64,000 bases of DNA from Eledone cirrhosa (Eukaryota), in contig OZ024741.1 in NCBI GenBank assembly GCA_964016885.1, positions 223,076,001-223,140,000 on the forward strand, read 5' to 3'. Below the pieces are notes generated by a model. The model had not been told where the DNA came from, made no database searches, and saw only the letters and a program-made list of their open reading frames with translations. Shown here piece after piece: positions 38,387-52,100 of the stretch. The translations under genes and the position numbers were made by a program. How positions within the stretch are numbered: position 1 is the first letter of the stretch; each line of letters opens with the position of its first letter.

Positions 38387-38570
38387 CTACGATATATCTT
38401 TGCCAGTCATATCTGGCAGCTTTATCGCAAGTAAACCTCCTAATACAAGAAGACCAGAAGTTAGAAGCATTGGTATGGCACACTGTGCATTTATGAGCAT
38501 CCCAAAAACCAAGTTTCCAAGGATTGCACCAATTCTCAACATAGCTGTTTGTAGACCTAAACCTGTAGAT
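38387..38570 (-). CDS. SV2-like MFS transporter, last coding exon
   Basis: ttccag acceptor, phase 2. (R)STGLGLQTAMLRIGAILGNLVFG...LAIKLPDMTGKDIS*, ending TAG. Confidence 0.92.
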
Positions 38571-38647
38571 CTGGAAATTTAGAACAAAAGAAAAGGACAT
38601 TTTTATTTAATAAGAACTGGGAATTGTCAATAAACAAAAAAAATTTA

Positions 38648-38816
38648 CCGTATTTCCCAGCACCAAAGAAGCTTCGTCCTCGAGGACGCACCCCAATTTT
38701 GACAACCAAAAATTTGAAAAAAAAATAATAAACAACCTTCTGCCTCCAGGACACATGGTAGATTTTTGAGACTTATTTTAGGAAAAAAGTAGCATCTTTG
38801 ACGCTGGGAAATACGG
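38648..38816. mobile_element. Mariner/pogo-type MITE
   Basis: TIRs ccgtatttcccagc / gctgggaaatacgg with TA flanks. Confidence 0.8.
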
Positions 38817-40595
38817 TAAGTAAAAAAAATGATTTTTGTTGTTGTTTTTTTTCTGGACTTCAGAATGTGCCATCCCAACTAACTCATGCAAGCATGGAAA
38901 ATAGGTTGGGTATATATATACCCAACAATACCGCAATTATAGAACAACAATAAAATACACCACACAAATGGTGCTGTAATATTAAATAACTATCTTTTCT
39001 GTTATATATATATATATATATGTATGTATATAATATATATGAGGCGCGAGCTCAACTATCGGGCACTAACTTTTCACTATATATATATATATATATACAT
39101 ACACACGCACACCATATGTGTGAGTGTATATATATATACACAAGCAGGGAAAAGCAGACGTAAAATGATGATGATGATGATAATACACGTGCACACACCA
39201 TAGGAACTGTCTCCACTTAACTTTGAGTAACCTGGTTCTTATATATGTGTATGTGTGTGTGTGTGTATGTATATATATATATATATATATATATTATACA
39301 CATACACACAAAGTAAACGGCAGTAACAAAGAAAACAACTCAGTACAATGAAGAAGAAAATATTAATGGTGATGTTAGTAAGCTGTATCAACAAGAATCC
39401 CTTCTCAGTTTAAACTCTTTCCCTTTTCTTTAATCATCATTAATGACCTTAGAAATGGCATAGCCAAAACAAATTTATTTCTTCCCTAATTAACCAAGTA
39501 ATCAACAAATGATGGATATAGCTAATTACAATTTTTTTCCAAAAGAACTCATACCTATCACTTCTCTCGGATTAACTGATTAAATCTAGTTTATTCTTTT
39601 CCTGTACACAAGACAGCAATAACAATAAATCTTGACTAATCATCATCCTCATCACCATTAATATCTATTTTCCATGCTTGTATGGGTTAGACAGGCTGTC
39701 ACGTACTGATGCTAGACAGGTCAGGTAACTACACTTTGCTTATATGCTTTATTTTTGGCTTGGTTTCCTCAGCTAAATGCCCTTCCTAACACCAACCACT
39801 TTACAGTATATACTGGAAGCATTTCACCATATTTCTAATGAAAGACACTGTCTATGACATTAACACTTTCATTACCATATTTCTAATGAAAGACACTGCC
39901 TATGTGATTAACATAGGTCACTCTTGAGTGCTACTGGTAGCATGTAACCCAGTACAACCTGTCGCATGGTTGGGTTGTCAGCGACTAAAGCGGCAAGTTT
40001 ACTTGGTGAGAAGGGTGATTTTGGACACCCTGCAGGACAAAAAACAAAACCTGACAAAGGGTGGAAGAACTCATAAGAGTCAACGGCTATCTAAAAAAAA
40101 AAAAAAAGTTACTGCCAAATCAATGGGTGGCAGTAGTTCCAGCTGCACACATCGAAAGACTGGAGTAGTGGTTCTGAGATCAATGCAAATTGACAATGGA
40201 AAGGTGCTCCCACTCGAGTTAGAAGAGAACTATTGACCTTCAATTGACCTGATTGTATTCAGCAATTGAAACAAATATGAAGTACACCAAATCCAATGCT
40301 CCTAGGGGCAGCCCTGGTTTTTCTTATTTGCGAGTATAAACTTGGTCAGATTAGATATTAGATTTACCATAACTCCAGCACTGCCACCTTACAAGGTGGA
40401 TTGGGTGCTTTTGTCATGGAATCAGCATTTTATTGTGACTCTGACACTACTACTTTACTAGGTTGACAGGGTGATTTGTGTCATGACACCATCACTACCA
40501 TCTTACAGGGCAGACTGGATGCTTTTTGTCATGGCACCATCACTACCACCTTACATTATATTTCTTTCCCCATATTTATTTCATATTTCACTTAC

Positions 40596-40755
40596 CTCAA
40601 ATGTGTAGGAAATACTTCGCTTGAAATAACATCAAGGGCATTCCATCCAATAACAGAAATGCCTCCAAACAGACATGATAACACCAGGCTTTGTACTCTT
40701 GTTTTCACAAACCAGATGAAGAAGACGCTCACTCCAGAGATTACCATACTGACAA
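40596..40755 (-). CDS. SV2-like MFS transporter exon
   Basis: AG/GT bounded, phase 1 to 2. VVSMVISGVSVFFIWF...GWNALDVISSEVFPTHLR contains the SV2-type WNALDV motif. Confidence 0.93.
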
Positions 40756-42010
40756 CTACAAATAAAAATGGACAAGTGTGACGGTTCTAAAGTTACACAA
40801 TGGACAGGCATGGGAGGAGAAACACATCATCATCACTGTTTTACTTCTATTTTCCATGGTTGTATGGGTTGTCACATTCTGGAATGGTTTCTACAGTTCA
40901 ATATCATTCCTAATGCCAACCACTTCACATCATGTACTTGGTGTATTTTATCATAACACCATCATTACCATTTAACTCGTAAAAAATACTATAAACATTT
41001 GAATTAATAAAACTGTTTTTAGATATTTTTGCACAATTTCAGATGGACCAAAGCAAACATTGAACATTTAGATCAAGAAAAAAAAAACTAAAAACTCAAA
41101 ATATAAATAATCTGGTATGAAATCATCTGATGATAGGCATTCTAGATCGCATTCAAACCCACCACTACCAGCACCATCACACTGAGTGTAATGTAGTGGA
41201 CTAATTTTTAAAATGCATATTTCTCTAATTATCAGTATGTTAATTCTGACTGTCAGCAAATCAGAGAAATTATTAGTTAAGAATTTTCAATTTTATATCT
41301 AATAAGAGATGTAGACATAAAATTGAAAATAGTTAGCATTAGGAAGGGCATCCAGCTGTATGAACTAAGCCAAAATGGAATGTATGAACAAAACAGTCAT
41401 CTGAGCTGTCAAGCTTCAGTATATGGCAACCTGTCTAACCCATGCAAACATGGAAAATAGGCGTAAAACAATGATGATGATGTTCCACCTGCAGACAATA
41501 ATACATTTAATCCTTTAGCATTTAAACCGGCTGTATCTGCCCAGAATTCTCTCACCTCTTTCTGTTCAAACTGGCTGTAACTAGCCACTCATACTGGTGT
41601 TAAGGTGTTGTTCTCAAAATAAATAATATCAAAACCTCATGTGACATTATATGAGATAAAGCCTTTACCGTGAAAATACAATAGTAAATATAGGGTAATG
41701 TAAATGCTAAAAGGTTAATCATATCCTCTTGTTTTGCGTTTCTTTCTCTTACTTCACACTAAATATCATAAAAGAAATACTGCAGTTTAATTCAATGACT
41801 GGTGTTTCCTCCCACAATACATCAACTTCCAACTCTGTATTAATGTTACTAAGTTTACATATTCTCTACAAATGTCTGTTCCATAAACTATATGCAATGT
41901 CCTTTCTCTACAACACAGTAAATGAAAGTGACACATACTTCCAGAAAACTGAAACAAGCATATTTCTGTGCTTTTACTTTCCTACTAATAGTTAATCAAT
42001 CATGAAATTA

Positions 42011-42340
42011 GGCACATGGCTTAGTGGTTAGAGCATTGACCTTGCAATCGAAAGGTTGTGAGTTCAATTCTCAGACCAGGTGATGTGTTGTTTCCTTGAG
42101 CAAGACACTTTATTTCACATTGCTCCAGTTTACTCAGCTGTAGAAATGAGATGATAGGACTGGGGTCCCTATCATTCCACTGCAAAGTGGACGTGTAGGT
42201 GCCACGGCAAAAAAGCACCCAGCACTCACTGTAAATGAGGTTGGTGTTAGGAAGGGCATCCAGCTGTAGAAATCAAGCCAGAATCAGTTCCCGTCCCACC
42301 CTTGCAAACAGGGAAAAGCGGACGTAAAATGATGATGATG
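42011..42340 (+). mobile_element. tRNA-headed CORE-like SINE with RTE-type tail
   Basis: A box tggcttagtgg, B box gagttcaattc, ccttgagcaagacacttt core, tail gacgtaaaatgatgatgatg. Confidence 0.88.
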
Positions 42341-43681
42341 AAATGACAAAAATGACTGAAGCAAACAATAAAATTCATGGCTTCACATATCACACAATGC
42401 TTGTACTAATAGAAAATAGTGCTGGTGTCACAATAAAATGTACCCAGCAGAGTGTGAGATCATATGTAAATGAGATGCAAGCCCCCTAGTCTATGAAAGG
42501 TCAGTAGCCTTGCTTGAATACTGACTCAGTCTGTGAAAACCTGTCCGACACTTGCTAACAGAAAAAACATGTTAAATGGTGATGTTACTGTTCATCTCTA
42601 AGTTTTGCTAACTATATTGAATATGGTTTGCTGATGAAATCAAACAAGACTGAAACATGTTTGTTACTTTTCCTAGTTGGCTTTGAAGACTACATTTTTT
42701 TTCCAAAAATTTGGATTATCTGATATTGCCGTTTTTTTTAATTCTAAAATTTACCTAGTGCACTCAGTAGAATGTGGTTACATATGTTCCCTTTTTGGCT
42801 TGATTTCTATGGTTGGATGCCCTTCCTAACATCAACCACTTTACATGTGCTGGGAGCATTGTTTCTACAGCTGGATGCCCTTCCTAACACCATCCACTTT
42901 TTAGCATATACTTTATCATGCTTTTGGCACTACCTTCTTACAAGGTGGACTGGATGCTTGTCATGGAATCAACATTTTATTGTGACTGACACTATCATCT
43001 TACTGGGTTGTCTGGGTGCTTTTATCATGGCACCAGCACTACTACTTTACAGTGTAGACTGGGTGCTTTTAATAGTGACAGCAACACTATCACAGGAAAC
43101 ATCGGGTCACAGGGTTGGCTTTGAAGAGAATGAGTTGCATCTAGTGGTATACTGTAAAGTGTCTGGCTTTCCAAGTTGGCATTGGTTTGACAAGGAAGTG
43201 AATCAGGTATATGGATGGAAGTAGGGGGCACATCTTTCTTTCCATGAGTTGTGGGAATGGAAGCACAATATGGAGGGGAACATTTTCTCTGCTAGCATAA
43301 TTTAGATGAGGGAAGTAGGGGAAGAATAAAGTGAAGAAGATGAACAAGAGTGTCAGGTCTGTTTAGCTCTCACTCTGCTAGCGTTTTATCCAGATGCCCT
43401 GATTCTGCGTCATCTCTTTTGTAAGGTTCAGGCTTCATGAGGTCATCCATTACCACATCATCCCAAAAGCAAAAGTTAAATGGTAATGATGATGATGATG
43501 ATGATGATTATATTTAAATGGAGATTTTGTCATCTAATTGCAAGGATAATTTCAGTTAACTGGATTTTTTTATCTCACTACATGACATATACGAGACTGT
43601 ACTGTATGCATATTTAACAAGCAGAACACCTCACTGAAGTATCCCCCCCCCATCCCTATTATTGATAATGTTCAGCCTTAC

Positions 43682-43911
43682 CTAAGGGAACTGTTCGACC
43701 AATTCTATCCATAAGCAACACACTGAGTATATTTCCAGGTAAATTAGAGACAGAAGTCAAGAAACCATCGAAATAGATGTCCTTATTAGGTTCCTCACAA
43801 GTCAGATTATTTGATGTTTCATTTGAAGATGTTCCAGGGCTGCACACTGACCCTCCATACTTCTCAATTTTGTCGAACATACTTGGGAACCACATTGAAA
43901 GACCATAATAG
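43682..43911 (-). CDS. SV2-like MFS transporter exon (TM7, luminal loop, TM8)
   Basis: cacag acceptor and gtaagg donor, phase 2 to 1. YYGLSMWFP...LPGNILSVLLMDRIGR. Confidence 0.95.
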
Positions 43912-44711
43912 CTGTGAAAAGTAACAGATTAAGACTCAGTCACAAAAAAAACAAAAAACTTTTTTTTTCAATATACATACAGTTTTTCATGATATTGTGG
44001 GCGAGATGACTATCTATATGATAAATGTACCCAATAAACGCTGTCCCATATATGTACTTATGGTCGCATAACTTCTGACAGAGTTTCTTGGGCATTTTAA
44101 GCCTGGCGGAGCCCAGACCTGAGTACAGCAGATTCCTTCCAGAGAAATGCGAAAGAAGTATAAAAGAAGCATTGGCCCTAGTACTAGACTAGTACTTTTT
44201 TTATTAACCTCGAAAGGACGAAAGACAAAGTTGACATAGTTATATCAAACATATATAAATATAAATATTCTTATTACTATATATATGCGGGGTAGTATTG
44301 AGACCTATTGATACTCATACTCTCCCACCCCCACTAGCTTTCGACTGACTGCCACTGACAGGGTGGCGAGCAGTAAGCTATATATTACAGGCCTGAATAG
44401 GTCACTGTTTGGTTGAGAGGGGGAACTGCCTAGGCGAATTTCGTTGAACTCTGCGGTAGCTAATAGTCAACTTCCTTCGGACCTGCGCCTGCACAGACCG
44501 GTGGGGGTGAATTGGTACTCACAAGGGAAAAGATGAAGAACCCAAGAGCACACACTTCGTCCGTTCCCGTGTCGATTCAATTTGGATTGCCTCGGAAACA
44601 TAACCTTATTATGTAACAAGCTGTCTGACGATGTCGCGGCACTGGCGCACGCAACAGTGTGGCCACAGTCACCATTGAAATATATATCACAGCATTATTA
44701 TTAAAGGACTT

Positions 44712-44900
44712 GGCGGTGGATTGGCAGTATCGGTAGAGGGTCGGACGCCATGCTTTGACGCATAGAGTTACTGCTCTTGGCATTCTGAGTTCAAATCCTG
44801 CTGAGGTTAACTTTGCCTTTCATCCTTACGGGGGTCGATAAAATAAAGTACCAGTAATGCACTGAGATAATTGCTGGCCTTGTGCCAAAAGTAGAAACAA
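44712..44900 (+). mobile_element. tRNA/Meta-like SINE with target-site duplication
   Basis: TSD attattattaaaggactt at 44694 and 44900. Confidence 0.9.
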
Positions 44901-44962
44901 TTATTATTAAAGGACTTGAACATCTGAAACTACTTCGTTTTTCCTTATTCTATATATATATA

Positions 44963-46565
<1,603 letters not shown>

Positions 46566-47960
46566 TATATATATATTTATTAAAATAAAGAATCGCTGCT
46601 TTCACCCTTAACGGGATCTTCTGAAACTAACAAAGTCAATCTGTAAACGCAGAAGTGGATATTTCAAAAAACGTTGCAACTGGAGGAAGACAGGAAGATG
46701 ATACTTTGGTTCGTGGAAACCCAATATAAGTTACACTGGGAGATCCTAGTGAGGGCTAGATCGTATAATGGAAATAAAAGACCATGTGACCTCTGCGCCG
46801 CTGAGGCCCTGGAAATACTCTACGCCACAGACCACATCTTAAACAAAAAATCTGAGGCAATTTCGGCTTGTAAACATAAATTGCACAAAACTTTCCTGTA
46901 TTACAGCCCCACATTATACCCTAACGGATAGTACGATCTATACGCGGATATTTTACGTCTTGATGTGGGAGCTAAGTATATGTTTTGTTTATACCATTAC
47001 TTATTTGCATAGGTAAGTATATATTACCTGTATGTTTTGTGAAGGTACGTATACCTTCTCGTACGTATATTTGATTGTATATGTTATGGCATATAATTTT
47101 TTATATATTCTGGTACATATGGTTTGGTTATGTGTATACGGGAGTTTTGCATCTGTGTGAGTATGCAGGTTCGTACGTGTGTAGGGTGTGTATGTGTATT
47201 TCATGTTTTGGTTGACTTACGTCTCCGAACATTTGTGTATTTACATGTAGGTATGTGTGTGCGTTTGTTATATACGTATTTATTTATTTATATACGTTTA
47301 TTTCATTATTTATTTATTTGTATACACGCACGCACACACACACATATTTATATGTGCGTGGTTTTGTATACCTATGGCAAGTGTTTTCGCGTATGCTTGT
47401 GTATATACGTATTTGCATGCGTGTATGTATTTATTTAATTTCTATTACCTCTGTATTGTATTTTATTTACTTTATTCTTAACTCTGTAGCGGAGATAATA
47501 TGTCATATGCTCCACATATGACATATTATCTTCGTTTTTTCCGTTCATTGCCAGAGAACGTCTCTATGAACCACCTAAGAGAACATTAGTCTACGACTTC
47601 TTTTATACCATAGACGTGGTTCTGTCTTTGCGCGTAATTGTTTTTCACCGCTCCAAATAATGACGTATTATATTCGTTTTTTCCCGTTCTTTGCCAGGGA
47701 ACGTTTCCACGAACCAAAGTATCGTCTTCCTGTCTTCCTCCGGTTGCAACGTTTTTTTGAAATATCCACTTCTGCGTTTACAGATTGACTTTGTTAGTTT
47801 CAGAAGATCCCGTTAAGGGTGAAAGCAGCGATTCTTTGCTTAAACTTTAATCTGTTATTTTAATAAATATTTGCTCTACGGTTCTTATATATTTGATATA
47901 TATATTTATCCTTATCGAGCCCTCTTTGGATTTTAGTCTTCAAATTTATTATTATTATTA
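46566..47960 (+). mobile_element. 5'-truncated Penelope-like element: inverted pLTR, GIY-YIG C-terminus, then pLTR
   Basis: WEILVRARSY..CDLCAAEALEIL..ILNKKSEAISACKHK. 46586-46720 is the reverse complement of 47703-47838. A related remnant lies at 21533-21625. Confidence 0.8.
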
Positions 47961-49151
47961 CTATATATATATTGTATAATATATGGTATGTTAACAAATA
48001 AACATTTGAAAGCCTTTAGCTATGAATTTTAAAGGTCATGACTGACACCATCTACCTTATCCAGCAGAACCTTGTCAATTTTTTTACTCACTTCAATCTA
48101 GATTCTCACTTGTAAATTTTTTTAATTCTTAAATTTTCATTTAAAAACAGCCAGAAACAGTGCTGTCAGTTGCTTCTCCCTTGCTTCTGCTTGAACAAGG
48201 TAGATGTCTTCAGTTATCACCAATAAAATTCATAGCTAAAGGCTTTCAAATGTTTATTTGTAAACATATCATATATTATTCAATATAAAAATTTACATAC
48301 ATGTATGTGTACAGCTATGTTGGAGCGAACATCCTAATTATATACATATATATATAATTAACAAATAGTTTTATTGCTCGACATGGCTGAATACAAGAAA
48401 TATAAATAATAATATTTGATTCGTTTGCAATTATGCAAACAGCCTCTTAAGCCATGTCAGTAGAATGACCCGTCATTCTTGCTCTTGTTTTGGCATATAA
48501 GCAGAACGGCAAACATTAATGATTCTGGGTTATTACCCTTCATCAGTATCATGTACTGTTTACCTGCCAATTGTCAGAGCTATATATATCATCATCATCA
48601 TTTTACGTCCAATATATACACACACAGTCAGGCTGGGTAGGCATTGATGTGAGAGGGGTGGTGGTGTAAAAATGAGAATTGCAGGGAGACATCCTGCCAT
48701 GGGAGATGAAGCACCAGGTCATGGGTGTCACTTTGAAGCAGGTGGGTGATGTTTGACATAATATGGGAGTGAGTAAAGGGAGTGATTATGTACAATATTC
48801 TATCGCATATACCTTAGCAGTATACTCATTATACATTGTACACTATACTTTGTATAGGGGTCAGTAGTTGCTCAGATTTAAAATGGGATTTGGTGGTTTT
48901 AGATGTTTATATCATCCTAATCATCATTAATGTTTAGCATCCATTTTACCATACTTGAATGGGTTTGATGGGTTATCCATGCTCAGAGGCAAGTCTGATC
49001 AGAGTTAGCCACATTGTACCTTGCTCTGACGAGGACTGTAAATTTGGCTGAGGATTTTACAGCTAGATGCCCATCCTAACACCAACTACATTTACAGTGT
49101 AGAGCTGGATGGCTACATTATGAGGAGGAGCATGCTAGTTGGCCATGCCAA

Positions 49152-52100
49152 AACCATCTCACAACAGAACCATAGTTTTGGAGCCCAACCCATCTCACAA
49201 CAGAACCATAGTTTTGGACCCCAACCCATCTCACAGCAGAACCATAGTTTTGGAGCCCAACCCATCTCACAGCAGAACCACAGTTTTGGACCCCAACCCA
49301 TCTCACCGCAGAACCACAGTTTTGGACCCCAACCCATCTCACAGCAGAACCATAGTTTTGGACCCCAACCCATCTCACAGCAGAACCATAGTTTTGGAGC
49401 CCAACCCATCTCACAGCAGAACCATAGTTCTGGAGCCCAACCCATCTCACCGCAGAACCATAGTTTTGGAGCCCAACCCATCTCACAGCAGAACCATAGT
49501 TCTGGAGCCCAACCCATCTCACAGCAGAACCATAGTTCTGGAGCCCAACCCATCTCACTGCAGAACCATAGTTCTGGAGCCCAACCCATCTCACCGCAGA
49601 ACCATAGTTTTGGACCCCAACCCATCTCACAGCAGAACCACAGTTTTGGACCCCAACCCATCTCACAACAGAACCATAGTTCTGGACCCCAACCCATCTC
49701 ACCGCAGAACCACAGTTTTGGACCCCAACCCATCTCACCGCAGAACCACAGTTTTGGACCCCAACCCATCTCACAGCAGAACCATAGTTTTGGAGCCCAA
49801 CCCATCTCACAACAGAACCATAGTTCTGGAGCCCAACCCATCTCACAGCAGAACCACAGTTTTGGACCCCAACCCATCTCACAGCAGAACCACAGTTTTG
49901 GACCCCAACCCATCTCACCGCAAAACCACAGTTTTGGAGCCCAACCCATCTCACAACAGAACCACAGTTTTGGACCCCAACCCATCTCACAGCAGAACCA
50001 CAGTTTTGGACCCCAACCCATCTCACAGCAGAACCACAGTTTTGGACCCCAACCCATCTCACAGCAGAACCAAAGTTTTGGAGCCCAACCCATCTCACAA
50101 CAGAACCATAGTTCTGGAGCCCAACCCATCTCACAACAGAACCATAGTTCTGGAGCCCAACCCATCTCACAGCAGAACCATAGTTTTGGAGCCCAACCCA
50201 TCTCACAGCAGAACCACAGTTTTGGACCCCAACCCATCTCACAGCAGAACCACAGTTTTGGAGCCCAACCCATCTCACAGCAGAACCACAGTTTTGGACC
50301 CCAACCCATCTCACAACAGAACCATAGTTCTGGAGCACAACCCATCTCACAACAGAACCACAGTTTTGGACCCCAACCCATCTCACAGCAGAACCACAGT
50401 TTTGGAGCCCAACCCATCTCACAACAGAACCATAGTTCTGGAGCACAACCCATCTCACAACAGAACCACAGTTTTGGACCCCAACCCATCTCACAACAGA
50501 ATCATAGTTCTGGAGCCCAACCCATCTCACAACAGAACCACAGTTTTGGACCCCAACCCATCTCACAACAGAACCATAGTTTTGGACCCCAACCCATCTC
50601 ACAGCAGAACCACAGTTTTGGAGCCCAACCCATCTCACAACAGAACCATAGTTCTGGAGCACAACCCATCTCACAACAGAACCACAGTTTTGGACCCCAA
50701 CCCATCTCACAGCAGAACCATAGTTTTGGACCCCAACCCATCTCACAGCAGAACCACAGTTTTGGAGCCCAACCCATCTCACAACAGAACCATAGTTCTG
50801 GAGCACAACCCATCTCACAACAGAACCACAGTTTTGGACCCCAACCCATCTCACAACAGAACCATAGTTCTGGAGCCCAACCCATCTCACAACAGAACCA
50901 CAGTTTTGGACCTCAACCCATCTCACAGCAGAACCATAGTTTTGGAGCCCAACCCATCTCACAGCAGAACCACAGTTTTGGACCCCAACCCATCTCACAG
51001 CAGAACCACAGTTTTGGACCCCAACCCATCTCACAGCAGAACCATAGTTCTGGAGCCCAACCCATCTCACAGCAGAACCACAGTTTTGGAGCCCAACCCA
51101 TCTCACAACAGAACCACAGTTTTGGACCCCAACCCATCTCACAGCAGAACCATAGTTCTGGAGCCCAACCCATCTCACAGCAGAACCACAGTTTTGGAGC
51201 CCAACCCATCTCACAACAGAACCATAGTTCTGGAGCACAACCCATCTCACAACAGAACCACAGTTTTGGACCCCAACCCATCTCACAGCAGAACCATAGT
51301 TTTGGACCCCAACCCATCTCACAGCAGAACCACAGTTTTGGAGCCCAACCCATCTCAAAACAGAACCATAGTTCTGGAGCACAACCCATCTCACAACAGA
51401 ACCACAGTTTTGGACCCCAACCCATCTCACAGCAGAACCATAGTTTTGGAGCCCAACCCATCTCACAACAGAACCATAGTTTTGGACCCCAACCCATCTC
51501 ACAGCAGAACCACAGTTTTGGAGCCCAACCCATCTCACAACAGAACCATAGTTCTGGAGCACAACCCATCTCACAACAGAACCACAGTTTTGGACCCCAA
51601 CCCATCTCACAACAGAACCATAGTTCTGGAGCCCAACCCATCTCACAGCAGAACCACAGTTTTGGACCCCAACCCATCTCACAGCAGAACCATAGTTTTG
51701 GACCCCAACCCATCTCACAGCAGAACCACAGTTTTGGACCCCAACCCATCTCACAGCAGAACCATAGTTCTGGAGCCCAACCCATCTCACAGCAGAACCA
51801 CAGTTTTGGAGCCCAACCCATCTCACAACAGAACCATAGTTCTGGAGCACAACCCATCTCACAACAGAACCACAGTTTTGGACCCCAACCCATCTCACAG
51901 CAGAACCATAGTTTTGGACCCCAACCCATCTCACAGCAGAACCACAGTTTTGGAGCCCAACCCATCTCACAACAGAACCATAGTTCTGGAGCACAACCCA
52001 TCTCACAACAGAACCACAGTTTTGGACCCCAACCCATCTCACAACAGAACCATAGTTCTGGAGCCCAACCCATCTCACAGCAGAACCACAGTTTTGGACC

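Noticed and set aside
42011-42085. tRNA gene
   Set aside because: The A/B boxes run straight into a SINE body and tail, and a matching copy exists at 38289.
42625-42670. Hammerhead-like CTGATGA...GAAACATGTT
   Set aside because: Stem I does not pair and stem II is weak.
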